A DNA stretch of 63,171 nt, the filler included, from Octopus bimaculoides (Eukaryota), in assembly GCF_001194135.2 (NCBI RefSeq). It is 6 parts of 4 records of this genome, joined end to end, with 100 filler letters (N's around TTAATTAATTAA, not from the genome) between each part and the next. Parts side by side here need not be neighbours in the genome. Positions count along the whole stretch, not along the records: positions 37,508 to 50,488 come from NC_068996.1; positions 50,589 to 61,228 come from NC_068982.1; 4 more parts are not named here. One strand, given 5' to 3'. Below the pieces are notes generated by a model. That model did not search any database. It was not told the DNA's origin and was given only the letters and a program-made list of their open reading frames with translations. A program made the translations under genes and the position numbers. Positions within the stretch are counted from its first letter, which is position 1. The number at the start of each line of letters is the position of its first letter. This document shows, in pieces, positions 37,881-50,925 of this stretch.

Positions 37881-39037
37881 GGGGTATGACTACCTATTGG
37901 GGATGTTTCATTTAGGAGGACGTACTCTTGTATTTGTCAGAGTGTTGAGTTCTTTGGGTGCTTGGATAAAATGCGGATGTCAAGTTGACCCAGGTTGCCT
38001 CCATGTTGGTCTTTGGCATGTTGGTAGAGTATGGAGAACTGTTCTTTGTCATCATATTGTCTCAAATGTACATTTAGTCTTAGTCTTTCTGCAATGCTCC
38101 TAGATGTCTCACCTATGTATATCATGTTTTTGTCTTTACAAGTGCCTTCCATGCACCTTATGCTGTAGACTACATTTCTAGTTCTACAGTTAATGCCTGG
38201 GTTAATCCTACAAACAATGCAGTTATCATTGGTGCATATGGTATTCTCAAAATTGTACGTCCTACATAGTTGTGATCTGATGGAGCTCCCTGGCTTTTCA
38301 ATGATCTTAATGTTGAGTTTGGCCTCCTTCAGAGCTTTCCTAAATCTACAGGCTAGTTCTCCATTTGTTGATCTTATACTACGTGTTTACCCTGTTTGCT
38401 TTGTCACATACTCTTTGTATCCTATTCCAGTCTTTACTTCTATATCTAGGGCAGGTACCACTAGTTTCATTACATATAATGTTATCTAACTTCTTTCTAA
38501 CACCCCTGTATACCCGAACCCTATCTTTCTGATCATGTCCAGAGAATTGCATGCGGTGCATGAAGTTCTGTACATGTTTCTTCGGTTCACAGGGTTCACA
38601 TAGTGGGGACACATTGTTCATCATCCTAAGTCTGTTATCAGTATGTTGATCTTCATTTTGTCTGACAAAGCTGAGTTCTTGTGAACAACATATTTAGAAG
38701 ATATGAGTTCCATGTAAAAGGAGTGGAGGAGCTGCACTCTATTGTTCATAGTCTCTAACCAAAGTTCAGTATCAAGGACAGGGTGTCTATTGTTAGGGTG
38801 CTTAGTGGGGTAATCTATAGTTACCTTGATACTTTGGTGGATGGAGTTAGCTACTTGCTGGATGCTCTCCATTATGTTCCTCTCAGTTTCTACATTACTG
38901 CTACTAGAGTTAGTTTTAACTAGAATATTAATGTCATCTACATACCTACAGTAAAACGAAAGTGTTGTAGATTGTTCTGCTAAGGATTGTTTAAGTTTTC
39001 TGTCCCACCAGGTNNNNNNNNNNCATACATACATACA

Positions 39038-39068
<31 letters not shown>

Positions 39069-39420
39069 GTCATGAAGAGGCCAGCCACATCTCCAGCTAC
39101 ATTGACACTAATGGCCGCACCTTGAACCTGCATGTATAGTTTCCTGTTAAACTTTACTATGTGGCTCTTATGCTAGCCCCTATTGCATGTGCCATAGCCC
39201 CTTTACTATGTGGTTCTTATGCTAACTCCTATTGCATGTGCGATCATTCTTTTCACCTGACTGTTGTTCTCAGGGTTTTGGGTGGGTATAGTCCAGCCAC
39301 TCCAGCACTCTGCAGTGCTTTTCTTCACTATAGTCTTAGTAAATTCTGCCCCACCAAGTGACAGAGGGGAAAACCACCCACCATCACCTCAGCAGTGAAG
39401 AAAAGCACCACAGAACACTG
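37880..39420 (-). mobile_element. Penelope-like retroelement (RT plus GIY-YIG endonuclease), degraded
   Basis: RT motifs LYMQVQGAAI..LFM, YVDD and HPVLD, then the endonuclease CRTRNVVYSIRC...YIGETSRS. Broken by frameshifts, a (TACA)n run and a gap. Confidence 0.9.
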
Positions 39421-39424
39421 GAGC

Positions 39425-39560
39425 AGTTCGGCAAAAGAGACTGATTGAATAAGTACCAGGCTTACAAAGAATAAGTTCTGTGGTTGATTTGTTTAACTAA
39501 AGGTGGTGCTCCAACATGGCCGCAATCAAATGACTGATATACAAGTAAAGGAATAAAAGA
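39425..39560 (+). mobile_element. Family E, 3' part
   Basis: AATAAGTACCAGGCTTACAAAGAATAAG...GGTGCTCCAACATGGCCGC. Confidence 0.75.
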
Positions 39561-39591
<31 letters not shown>

Positions 39592-39599
39592 TTAATCAA

Positions 39600-39890
39600 A
39601 GGACATGTTAAGTATGTCTGCCTGCTGAAAATAACAGTCAAAACTCTTATTTAAATCACTGAGAAATCACTGATAATAACTACAGAAATCAACCGTCTGT
39701 GAGCAAACATGTCAAGACAATCTCTCAGCACACATTCAAGTATTTGGACTGGTATTATAGCCTCACCATCCTCATCATGCATTACCATGATGGAAAGCCA
39801 TGACCCGTTATGTTGAAGTCTGCGCTGCAACTTAATCGTTTTGTGCCGAATCATGGCAGCCACCAGTGTGAAAATTATTTCAATACGGAG
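39600..39890 (+). repeat. Old dispersed repeat, homologous to 5935-6220
   Basis: Colinear similarity to 5935-6220. Confidence 0.7.
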
Positions 39891-39972
39891 CAAATTGTTC
39901 AGGAGAAAATATTTGTGAAGATATTAATGACTTTATTATTATCTATTTCTTTTCTCCTAAATTATTTGCTCC

Positions 39973-40039
<67 letters not shown>

Positions 40040-40764
40040 TGTATGTATGTATGTGTTGTGTAGTGTATACTTGATATGTCTATGTACCTGTGGAACTCAA
40101 CCCTTTCTTGGCATCCTGAATGTTAAAATACCAAGATTCTTTATGAAGAATAAAGTTTGAGAGTAGGAGCCAGAGTAGCAGTAGCCTCATACTGTTGAGA
40201 AGTGACATCACAATTTACATTTTAGAAAGAAAAGAGAGAAGGGGTGGATTGGAAAGAGGGAGAGAGAGAGAGAGAGAAAATTCTTAAGGACTATACTAAA
40301 CTTGGCGTGTTAAATAGTCGTAAAGAATTTTTTCTAAATGTGCCCACTTCAAGCGCTACCTACTGGAAAATCGGATATCGCCGTTTGCTGGTTAGGCATT
40401 TTCGGGTCTATAAGGGTTGTTTTAGCCTCTGGTTCAGGGAAGACAACCTGTCCTCATTAACGTTTTTATATGATAAAAATTAAATCTTGATTTCTGAGTG
40501 TTTCCTCGCATCTGTGACGTAGAAAGTTTTAATTTTTTGTCTTTGCATAGCGTCTGACAAACTGTCTACAAGGTTTTGGCTTTTGTGTATATGAAACCTT
40601 TGGTAACTCTATGTCCAAAATTTTAATTTTTGTCATACATATATATATATATATATATGTATAATACAATATTAGGATAAAAACTTTATAAGAATTTATC
40701 AAGTCATCAGCATGAAAAAACCTCATAAGGGAAAAAAAACCCATCATTTTTCCCTATAAATATT

Positions 40765-41338
40765 TAATTTATATAAGGGCATTACTATACAATAATGCCT
40801 AATGCTAAGAGGGACTCTAGAAGTCAAACTACTATAATAAACAGCATTTTTACCGATCACGAGGGAATGCAACTCTTAAAGCTAACCTCCTAAAAACTTT
40901 TAACTTAACGGTAAACCAATTGTTTTATAATCAACGCAGTAATCTGCATCTTTTATTCATCAGTACACGTATGGTCAAAACACATAAAAGGCAGGCTTTT
41001 TTGAATTACACTTCGGCACCCGCTTCTTTCATGGATATACAGGGATAAACAATCGTCTATGTACTATGCTGAATACATGGAGTGTTCGTCGGGGTATGTT
41101 GATTTTTGTTTATTTTTATGTGTCTTGATCATACATGTACTGATGAATGAAAGATGCAGTTTACTGCGTTGATTATGAAACCATTGGTTTACCGTTGAGT
41201 TAAAAGTTTTTAGGAGGTTGGCTTTGAGAGTTGCATTCCCTCGAGATTGGTATAAATGTGCTTATTATAGTAGTTTTGACTTCTAGAGTCCCTCTTAGCA
41301 TGACGCATTATTGTATAGTAATGCCCTTATATAAATTA
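40765..41338. mobile_element. Foldback/MITE with about 225-bp inverted arms
   Basis: 40765-40989 is the reverse complement of 41114-41338 (roughly 90% by eye); spacer is 124 bp. Confidence 0.85.
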
Positions 41339-41357
41339 TATATATATATATATATAT

Positions 41358-41725
41358 CATCATCATCATCATCATCGTTTAACATCCGTTTTCCATGCTG
41401 ACACGGGTTGGACGGTTTGACTGGGGACTGACAAGCCAGAAGTCTGCACCAGGCTCCAATCTGATCTGGCAATGTTTCTACAGCTAGAAGCCCTTCCTAA
41501 CGCTAACCACTCCGAGAGTGCAGTGGGTGCTTTTTACGTGCCACTGACACGGAAGCCAGCCAGGTTGCATTAGCATTGGCCACATTCAGATGATGCTTTT
41601 TACATGCTACCAGCACAGGAAACCAGTCAGGTGGCACTGGCAACAACCCACGCATGAATGGTGCTTATTGCATGCCACCAGCACAAGAGCCAGTCAGGCA
41701 ACACTGACATCGGCCACAACCACAA
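41358..41725 (-). mobile_element. Family F SINE-like element with a (GAT)n tail
   Basis: Homologous to 20998-21212. Confidence 0.8.
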
Positions 41726-41934
41726 TTTCCAGCTTCAACAAGAACAACTATGCTGACCAATTTTTACTCCTAAAACGATGATGTAATACTTGCAATGTAA
41801 TGATTTCAAGCACATAATGAAAAAAATAACAAGAAATCACAAATTACATATTTTACCCCAATTACTAATTTTGCCCCTCCCCCATGTGTGTATATATGTG
41901 TGTGTATGTGAATATATATATATATATATATATA

Positions 41935-42595
41935 TATGGTAAATGAAAGACGGAAGATGGAATATATGAGAATTTATCATTAATCACAATTTTTTCAACA
42001 CATCGATCCCTCATGATGGGTAAATTGTCACCATTTTATACTTTTAATTTCACACATGCGCATTGTTTGTTTTTTATTTTGTCGATTACACAGTATAGTA
42101 GGGTCAGCTGGGCACCATCTGTGAGAAAACAGCACCATGATACAATTCACTCTGCCATAAATTTGTAAACAACATGCTGTATTGCTTAGCATTCACACCA
42201 GAAGCTCCAATATGAACATTTCAAAGTGTTTGGGTGTCAATTTGAGGACAGAGCAATATGAGGACATGTACCGAGAATGATAAAAATCAAACATCCAGTC
42301 AACATCATAGTGTTTGGAGTGATCACTAGTGATGGTGACATGCCTCCATTCATCTTCCCACACAGTCTCAGACTCAACACGGAGGCCTACATCAAGTGCC
42401 TGGAGGAAGTAATGCTGTTCTGAGTTAAGAGGGTGACTGCTGGAAGACCCTATGTCTGGCAACAGGACTCTGCACCATGCCACACAAGCAGGAGAACCCA
42501 GTCATGGCTGTCAGACAATTTCTGCGACCACATCACCCCCAAACATCTGGCCACCTAACTCCCCAGACTGCAACCCGCTTCATTATTATGTGTAG
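41935..42595 (+). mobile_element. Second maT-type mariner copy, internally deleted, runs into a gap
   Basis: Clearly homologous to 2747-4059. Encodes YVWQQDSAPCH...WPPNSPDCNPL and lacks about 0.44 kb of internal sequence. Confidence 0.85.
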
Positions 42596-43059
42596 NNNNN
42601 NNNNNNNNNNNNNNNNNNNNNNNNNNNNNNNNNNNNNNNNNNNNNNNNNNNNNNNNNNNNNNNNNNNNNNNNNNNNNNNNNNNNNNNNNNNNNNNNNNNN
42701 NNNNNNNNNNNNNNNNNNNNNNNNNNNNNNNNNNNNNNNNNNNNNNNNNNNNNNNNNNNNNNNNNNNNNNNNNNNNNNNNNNNNNNNNNNNNNNNNNNNN
42801 NNNNNNNNNNNNNNNNNNNNNNNNNNNNNNNNNNNNNNNNNNNNNNNNNNNNNNNNNNNNNNNNNNNNNNNNNNNNNNNNNNNNNNNNNNNNNNNNNNNN
42901 NNNNNNNNNNNNNNNNNNNNNNNNNNNNNNNNNNNNNNNNNNNNNNNNNNNNNNNNNNNNNNNNNNNNNNNNNNNNNNNNNNNNNNNNNNNNNNNNNNNN
43001 NNNNNNNNNNNNNNNNNNNNNNNNNNNNNNNNNNNNNNNNNNNNNNNNNNNNNNNNNNN

Positions 43060-43091
<32 letters not shown>

Positions 43092-43429
43092 CACATATAC
43101 CTATATGTATGTATGTATGCATGCATGTATGTATGCATGCATGTATGTATGCATGCATGTATGTATGTGTATATATATACACCTATATATATTGTGTACT
43201 ATATAATAATTCAAACATTCCTTGTGTTACATGTGTTATGGTTCAAAGCAATTCTATTTTTGTTTTGTGAAGTTTGATGAAATTTTATAAAAGCTGTAAT
43301 TGTTGTACTGGATTTAGGAACAACCAGAATATGAAGTACATGTTATGGGATATATTTTTGACTTTATAAATATTTTACTTTAGAACATTCAATATGATGT
43401 GTAGAAGACAACACAATATTTTTCAGAAG

Positions 43430-43790
43430 TTGAAGGGCTAGGGGAAACACAAGAAGAAAGTTAGGACAGGTTCCAATCTCAGAAACAACGAAATGCCATG
43501 GAGACACAAGAGCAACAAAAAGCAAAACTTCTGTTTGAACCAACCAGCAAGCCTGCTTGAGAGAACAAGAGACACCAGAGTAGAAACAACAGAGATTGGA
43601 ATATCAAGCCAATAGACAAGCCCACTTGAGGAAACATGAGACACCAGAGCGACAACAAGTCATGTTAGAATTTAGACCTTTTTATAATGAAGAGTGGCGA
43701 CCAGCAGTCTTTAACTATGATCTGATTCATGGGCATTACAATAAAAGTCTTATTGATACATTTGAGTACAGTACAGACTGGGGTGAAAGC
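43430..43790 (+). mobile_element. Helitron ORF N-terminal repeat fragment, degraded
   Basis: ETQEQQ / ETPERQQ charged repeats followed by WRPAVFNYD resemble the ETPEQR-repeat and AFxYD region of animal Helitron RepHel proteins. Confidence 0.55.
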
Positions 43791-45852
43791 CAGGTGACTG
43801 TTAGTATATATATATATATATATACTTCAAAACTTCCATGCCTCCTGAGATTCGTCAACACTACACCTGATTTTCTCCCCTCCATACACACGCAAGCATG
43901 TATCTGACTCATACACTGTTTACTTTCCAGATATTTGTACATTACTGCATATGCTTTATACGCACTTTTGACAAGTTGTAGTGCACCTGAGCACTGTATA
44001 AAATAATTTCATTATTATTATTATTATTATATATAAATATAAAAGAAGTGAGCACCGAAATCCTTCAAAGGGATGTCAAACATGCAAGTCCGCTGGTACA
44101 GTCCAAGTAAAGAATATATATAAAAAGAAAATTCAGTATTTGCATAAACAGTAAATGAAATATAAGGAAAGGAAAAAAAATTGTAAGTGTAGACGAACTT
44201 TAATTCATAATCCAAGTTGGTACGGAACCAATAAATATATATATAACTAACTACGAGACTTCAGATTCAACCAACCTCTATTCTTTATCTACCTCACAAT
44301 AGATTTAATGAACTTTGAACCTAACTAAAATGTAAGCCCTTCGAATCATTGAACATTTCCTTTTTCGATTTCCCCCTCTATCTTTCGCTCTATTCTCCTC
44401 TTTCTCTATCTCTGCCTTCTTTGTTCTGATGACGTCTACTATTTGCAATGAGGTAAATACATATTTACCTCAATATGGTACACAGTAACAGCTGTAAACT
44501 CACTCTTACCTTCACCTTGCTTAACTAATTAAATAATGGCTTCTTAGCACGAAAGATACACTTCAATTTGTTGTTTTTCCTCCATTTTCTGATCATATAT
44601 ATATATATATATATATAAAAGAGTAAAAGAGATNNNNNNNNNNNNNNNNNNNNNNNNNNNNNNNNNNNNNNNNNNNNNNNNNNNNNNNNNNNNNNNNNNN
44701 NNNNNNNNNNNNNNNNNNNNNNNNNNNNNNNNNNNNNNNNNNNNNNNNNNNNNNNNNNNNNNNNNNNNNNNNNNNNNNNNNNNNNNNNNNNNNNNNNNNN
44801 NNNNNNNNNNNNNNNNNNNNNNNNNNNNNNNNNNNNNNNNNNNNNNNNNNNNNNNNNNNNNNNNNNNNNNNNNNNNNNNNNNNNNNNNNNNNNNNNNNNN
44901 NNNNNNNNNNNNNNNNNNNNNNNNNNNNNNNNNNNNNNNNNNNNNNNNNNNNNNNNNNNNNNNNNNNNNNNNNNNNNNNNNNNNNNNNNNNNNNNNNNNN
45001 NNNNNNNNNNNNNNNNNNNNNNNNNNNNNNNNNNNNNNNNNNNNNNNNNNNNNNNNNNNNNNNNNNNNNNNNNNNNNNNNNNNNNNNNNNNNNNNNNNNN
45101 NNNNNNNNNNNNNNNNNNNNNNNNNNNNNNNNNNNNNNNNNNNNNNNNNNNNNNNNNNNNNNNNNNNNNNNNNNNNNNNNNNNNNNNNNNNNNNNNNNNN
45201 NNNNNNNNNNNNNNNNNNNNNNNNNNNNNNNNNNNNNNNNNNNNNNNNNNNNNNNNNNNNNNNNNNNNNNNNNNNNNNNNNNNNNNNNNNNNNNNNNNNN
45301 NNNNNNNNNNNNNNNNNNNNNNNNNNNNNNNNNNNNNNNNNNNNNNNNNNNNNNNNNNNNNNNNNNNNNNNNNNNNNNNNNNNNNNNNNNNNNNNNNNNN
45401 NNNNNNNNNNNNNNNNNNNNNNNNNNAAAGAGGGAGAGGGAAAGAGAGAGAGAAAGTGATACATACAAAGTCATAGATTAACTTGGTTACATTTTACACT
45501 CTTACTTCTTCTTCCTCTCTCTCATTTAATACCTTTCCTCTACCTCTAACATATTTTTCATAACATAGAAACGTAAAAACACACACGACCACACATACGT
45601 GATCTGTGACAACAACATACACATAAACACATACACAATTCAACATTTTTGATATAAGATTTAGTTTCTGTGTTTCTTATATAAACACGTGCACGCATTG
45701 CTATTTTATAACTGTCTTCCGTTCTCACTTTCTCTCTCTTCATTGCTACCATCTCCATTCCTTTCTCCCCCCCTCTCTCTCTCTCTCTTCCTCTTCTCTC
45801 TCACAAAACATTCACATCAATGTTTGGTAAATATACCACGATTTTCACTAGG

Positions 45853-45967
45853 TGGTTAGGGTTAGGGTCTAAGGTTAGGATTAGGGTTAGTGTTACGGTT
45901 TTAGGGTTAGGGTTTTAAGGTTACGGTTAGGGTTTAGGGTTAGTGTTAGGTTTAGGGTTAGGGTTGG
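45853..45967 (+). repeat. Degenerate interstitial (TTAGGG)n tract
   Basis: About 18 TTAGGG/TTACGG/TTAGTG variants. Confidence 0.85.
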
Positions 45968-46865
45968 GTAATCGTGCGCGTGTTAATCTGAAAAATTACA
46001 GAAATGTGAAAATTACCGACCCTGCCATCTATTATAACTTTTGTTGTTCTGTTTAATACATACATAGATTATGCCTCCAAACAAGAGAGTTTGCTGGGGA
46101 AAGAAAGCAACCAGTTTAAAATGACAGCAACAGACTGCAGCAATTCACCACATTCTAGAAGCTACTTTGAACATAATGCAAAGTGGTGCATCAACATATT
46201 CTACCTAATCTGATAGAATTCTGACAAAACTGTGTAGCAACAGATCGCCAGCAATTGCTTCATCAGAAATTGCCATCCTACCTCCTGCTAAAAGAGATCN
46301 NNNNNNNNNNNNNNNNNNNNNNNNNNNNNNNNNNNNNNNNNNNNNNNNNNNNNNNNNNNNNNNNNNNNNNNNNNNNNNNNNNNNNNNNNNNNNNNNNNNN
46401 NNNNNNNNNNNNNNNNNNNNNNNNNNNNNNNNNNNNNNNNNNNNNNNNNNNNNNNNNNNNNNNNNNNNNNNNNNNNNNNNNNNNNNNNNNNNNNNNNNNN
46501 NNNNNNNNNNNNNNNNNNNNNNNNNNNNNNNNNNNNNNNNNNNNNNNNNNNNNNNNNNNNNNNNNNNNNNNNNNNNNNNNNNNNNNNNNNNNNNNNNNNN
46601 NNNNNNNNNNNNNNNNNNNNNNNNNNNNNNNNNNNNNNNNNNNNNNNNNNNNNNNNNNNNNNNNNNNNNNNNNNNNNNNNNNNNNNNNNNNNNNNNNNNN
46701 NNNNNNNNNNNNNNNNNNNNNNNNNNNNNNNNNNNNNNNNNNNNNNNNNNNNNNNNNNNNNNNNNNNNNNNNNNNNNNNNNNNNNNNNNNNNNNNNNNNN
46801 NNNNNNNNNNNNNNNNNNNNNNNNNNNNNNNNNNNNNNNNNNNNNNNNNNNNNNNNNNNNNNNNN

Positions 46866-46900
<35 letters not shown>

Positions 46901-47149
46901 TATAAATGCATATATGTAAGTATGTATATATATGCATGTATGTAAGTATGTATGTGAGTATGTATGTATGTATGCATGTATATATGTACATTCGTGTGTG
47001 TGTGTTTGTCTCTGTGGACAGGTATGTTTATCAAGAGTTGGGCTCATTAGTCACCAGCAGATACATAAGTGTAAAATATAAATTTGTCAGAGCAGACAAT
47101 GTCCTTGATGGTCAGTGATAGTCTTCCTCAGTCACGAATGGACAGCCAT

Positions 47150-47425
47150 CATCATATGTATGCATGCATGTATGTATGTATGAATGCATGGATGTATGCA
47201 TGCATGCATGTGTGTATGCCTCTGTGTGCATAGATGTGTGTGTATCTATGTTTGTATGTGTGTGTGTGTATGTATGTATGTATATATGTATGTGTGTATG
47301 CATGTATGTATGCATGCATGTGTGTATGCATGTGTGTGCATATATGTGTGTGTGTGTGTGTTTGTATGTATGTGTGTATGCATGTATGTATGTGAGCATA
47401 CATGCACATGTGTGTGTATGTATGG
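47150..47425. repeat. (TG)/(TATG)/(CATG)n compound microsatellite
   Basis: Directly visible. Confidence 0.9.
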
Positions 47426-47746
47426 GGAAGATGCACACACACCTGCATGTTCTATGTTCTAATCCCGTCAAGGTCAAATTTGCTTTCAACATTTCAGGGC
47501 CCATAATGAAGCGCCAGTCCAGAATACTCTCTGTGCTCTGCATTCAAATCTCACCATGACAAACCCAACTTTTCCTTTCATCTTTTCAGTGTAACTCAAT
47601 AAAGTATCAAACCTGAGCTGTGAATCAGTACCACAAGGTACCCATCTGAACATCAAATAAGATACCCTGGGGTACCTTGTGATATCAGTCTTGACTCTTT
47701 GTCTTCTGATGACAATACCTTCAGTCTTCATAAGTTCAAACTGAAC

Positions 47747-48091
47747 TGTATTGATTGCACTTGTAGTAACGCCTGCGCATGCGTAGTCTTACGCATGCGT
47801 AGAATAAAACAAGCAAGCGTTTCCCGCTCAATTCATTCTCTTTCTCGCTGGCCAGCGATTGAGCATGGACGTGTGTTTAAGCTGTCTCTACATCTTTCGG
47901 ACTTACACAAGACAGCTCGCTCACAACTACAGAACAACGTCCCCACAACTATGCTCATACACACAGAAGCTGTAACAACAAGAACTAAAGATGTACATAT
48001 TTACCACCTGAATAAATGTTGTTTAAGTTGATAGTCTGGAGTTCAGCGTTCCGTTATATTCTTAATTTTATAGTAGGAAGTCAGGTATACA
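47747..48091 (+). mobile_element. Candidate LTR-like sequence
   Basis: TGTA...TACA ends, internal AATAAA and LTR-like composition; no TSD found. Confidence 0.3.
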
Positions 48092-48869
48092 ATCTAAAGA
48101 TGTATAACCCACTTTCCTATACACTGTTGTAGGAGGAGGAGGAGGACCAACAAACATTAACAATAACTTGTAACATATGGTCGCTTATGTAAATTGGGTC
48201 ACCTATATGTAATGTGTTCCAGTTGTAACGTGTTTAGTTTATTGAAATAATCCATTTTCAGTGATTTGTTAAAGAAGCATGAATAAAGAATATTCAGAAG
48301 ACAAGTTTATGAAACAAAAACATTGAAATTTATTTTAGTAGTGTAATGAGTGCTAGCGAGTGGTAACGAGGATTAATCTTGTATATGAATGGGAACCAAA
48401 TAAATGTGTATGTGAGACAGGGAAAATTACATGACTTACTATATACATTGAGGTTTATATGAAGCTGATATTAAACAAAAGAGTTGTATGTAGTTGGCAG
48501 TGGACACAGAAAATGTGACATGTCGAAGAAAGAGATATTGCTTCTATGCTGTCAAATCTGTAGCTAGTTTGAAACGGATACTTCACTGCTGAAGTGAATT
48601 CCTTCAGCTAAGGCAGATCACTGTCATTTTATTCATACACCTCCAGCTTTGATCGGCTGGAATCCTCCACAGTGGAACTGAACTATGTCACAGCAACAAA
48701 ATAGATTGTAGTATGTCTGTACTAGCATTAGTTTAAAACATACATTTTTAATCTCAAGTAGGTTCAAACGACACTGTAAGTTTACAGCTCTATTCGGTCT
48801 GTGATTGGCAGAATAAACTGGCTCCCTCGACTATGTCCGATTGTCGCTTATATAATGTGACTCCAGCTA

Positions 48870-49284
48870 TGTTTAATTGAGGTCCTTTACTTCGTTTCTC
48901 AAAGTACTCCCGGCTGGTAGTTTAGATTATCACGTTTGCACTAGCGTTTCTCCCACAAGAACAACCCTTCTTCCACGTGCGCCAGCAGAATCGACCAAAC
49001 TCAGTGCCATCATCTCTCATGGTTTACTAGAAACACTTCTATCAAGTCTCTTTTTATATACACAAATTACATCTAATGTCCTCACACATTCATTCATTCA
49101 CTGCTACTACACTACAGACATCTCTATAAAACTTACTTCTTTACAGGAATCTTATACAAGGCATCTTACATTATACGTAACCCACTGCTGTGAATAAAAC
49201 TTTGCTATTGAACAAGTTGAGTTTTGTCCATCTGTCTCTGTATTCCAATTACAATTGAACAAACACACAGACACAGTATCGACA
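48870..49284 (+). mobile_element. Candidate solo LTR
   Basis: TG...CA ends, AATAAA at about 49193, and AGCTA on both sides (48865-48869, 49285-49289) as a possible 5-bp TSD. The terminal inverted repeat is weak. Confidence 0.4.
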
Positions 49285-49635
49285 AGCTACTACTGCTGAC
49301 GCCATCACTTCAACCAAACTGTGAACACTCCATTGAGCTATAGCTACACATTAGCTATGAAGACAGCAAACTCATCATGCCAGTGACCCCTTCACTAGAC
49401 TGGTGATACCCTTTGCCAAAAGATCTTTCCTGTCTCGCTACAAACTCTCCCTTTATCCCAACATAAATAAATAAAATAAAATATAAAAAACATTGTAGTT
49501 CACTTGAAGCATTGTAATACTGAAGTATCCTGATCACGCTATTTATAGCATTATCACGCGTTTGAGAAATAAATTTATTTCTGTTCTTACAATACATCTC
49601 AACGCTTCTAAAAAAGATCAAACTTTGTTTGTTTA

Positions 49636-49898
49636 TGTTGTATTTCCCTCGGGAGACTCGCAGAGAAAAGACAACGAGTTGTACAATTTAATTATTACAT
49701 TTATTATTCAATTACATACAAAGAACGCACTCACCCAATGTTCGTTGTAAATAAACAAGAATTATGTCTGCCATATATATCAATGACATTTTACTACCCC
49801 AGTCATTCAGAACAACAACAATGAAACAATGAACTCAGACGAACCACATTGACACACGGAATGTCAGACGAATAACATATCCAACAGTCCATATAACA
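49636..49898 (-). mobile_element. 3' LTR (263 bp) of the Gypsy element
   Basis: Starts TGTTATAT right after the PPT and ends ATACAACA (inverted termini); AATAAA lies near the 3' end. Confidence 0.75.
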
Positions 49899-50488
49899 CC
49901 TCCCCACTGAAATTGATGCTACACAAGAAGTATCAACAGCAAAGTCTCTCTTGGGTTTTACGGGTTCTCTTGGACCGTCTTGGGTTGTCTGGTCCATACT
50001 CTGGAGCGGGTAACATGGTCTTGGGTCTGGTTTGTCTTTGAGTTAGTGGCACAGTTTCCGAGATCTCCATCGGGTGATCTGTTGCAAATTGAAATACAGT
50101 GTTTTCTGCATCACCAGGTTCATTGTCTTCCTCAGTTGTGTACCGCGGTCGCAGCTGTTCCCAATGTCGTCTCCACATCAGGCCATGAGGTATGACTTTC
50201 ATGTTAAAGCAGCGAGTACCCAATGACTTCTTAATGATCGCTGGTACCCATCGGGGATCTTTGTCTCGGCGAGGTCCATAGTATAGTGCATACACAGGAT
50301 CTCCGGCCTTGTACTGCCTGATAACTTTAGCGACATCAGCCGAGCTTGGAGTCACCTGAGACTTATCTGCTTCCTTAGACTGTTTGCCTTGAGCAATGTG
50401 TGCTGGCGATGGCAGCAGAGAATCAATCCTTGTTCGTATCTGCCGGTGATTCAAAAGTTCACTTGGAGAGAATCCACAGGATGTCGGT
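49899..50488 (-). mobile_element. Ty3/Gypsy LTR retrotransposon, integrase C-terminus and polypurine tract
   Basis: PTSCGFSPSELLNHRQIRTRIDSLLP...GDPVY...RWVPAII...RRHWEQLR, then a stop and a PPT (GTGGGGAGG) abutting the LTR. Confidence 0.85.
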
Positions 50489-50599
50489 NNNNNNNNNNNN
50501 NNNNNNNNNNNNNNNNNNNNNNNNNNNNNNNNTTAATTAATTAANNNNNNNNNNNNNNNNNNNNNNNNNNNNNNNNNNNNNNNNNNNNTATATATGTAT

Positions 50600-50825
50600 G
50601 TATGTATGTGCGTTTGTGTGTCTGTGTTTTTCCTCCCACCATCGCTTGACAACCGATTGTGGTGTGTTTACGTCCCCGTAACTTAGCGCTTCGGCAAAAA
50701 GAGACCGATAGAATAAGTACTAGGCTTACAAAGAATAAGTCCTGGGGTCGATTTTCTTGACTAAAGGCGGTGCTCCAGCATGGCCGCAGTCAAATGACTG
50801 AAACAAGTAAAAGAGTAAAAGAGAG
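50600..50825 (+). mobile_element. Family E
   Basis: Near-identical to 61398-61607. Confidence 0.85.
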
Positions 50826-50925
50826 AGAGTAACCACTAAGTTGTGAGGACGTTAACAAACCAACACCGCTTGTCAAGCAGTGGTGAAGGACAAAGGCAAA
50901 TACACACGCGCGCGCATATGTACCC

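Noticed and set aside
44425-47715. Other CTGATGA occurrences (about 44426, 47706; also 41131 and 40705 on the minus strand) as hammerheads
   Set aside because: None has a downstream stem II, GAAA and stem III arrangement.
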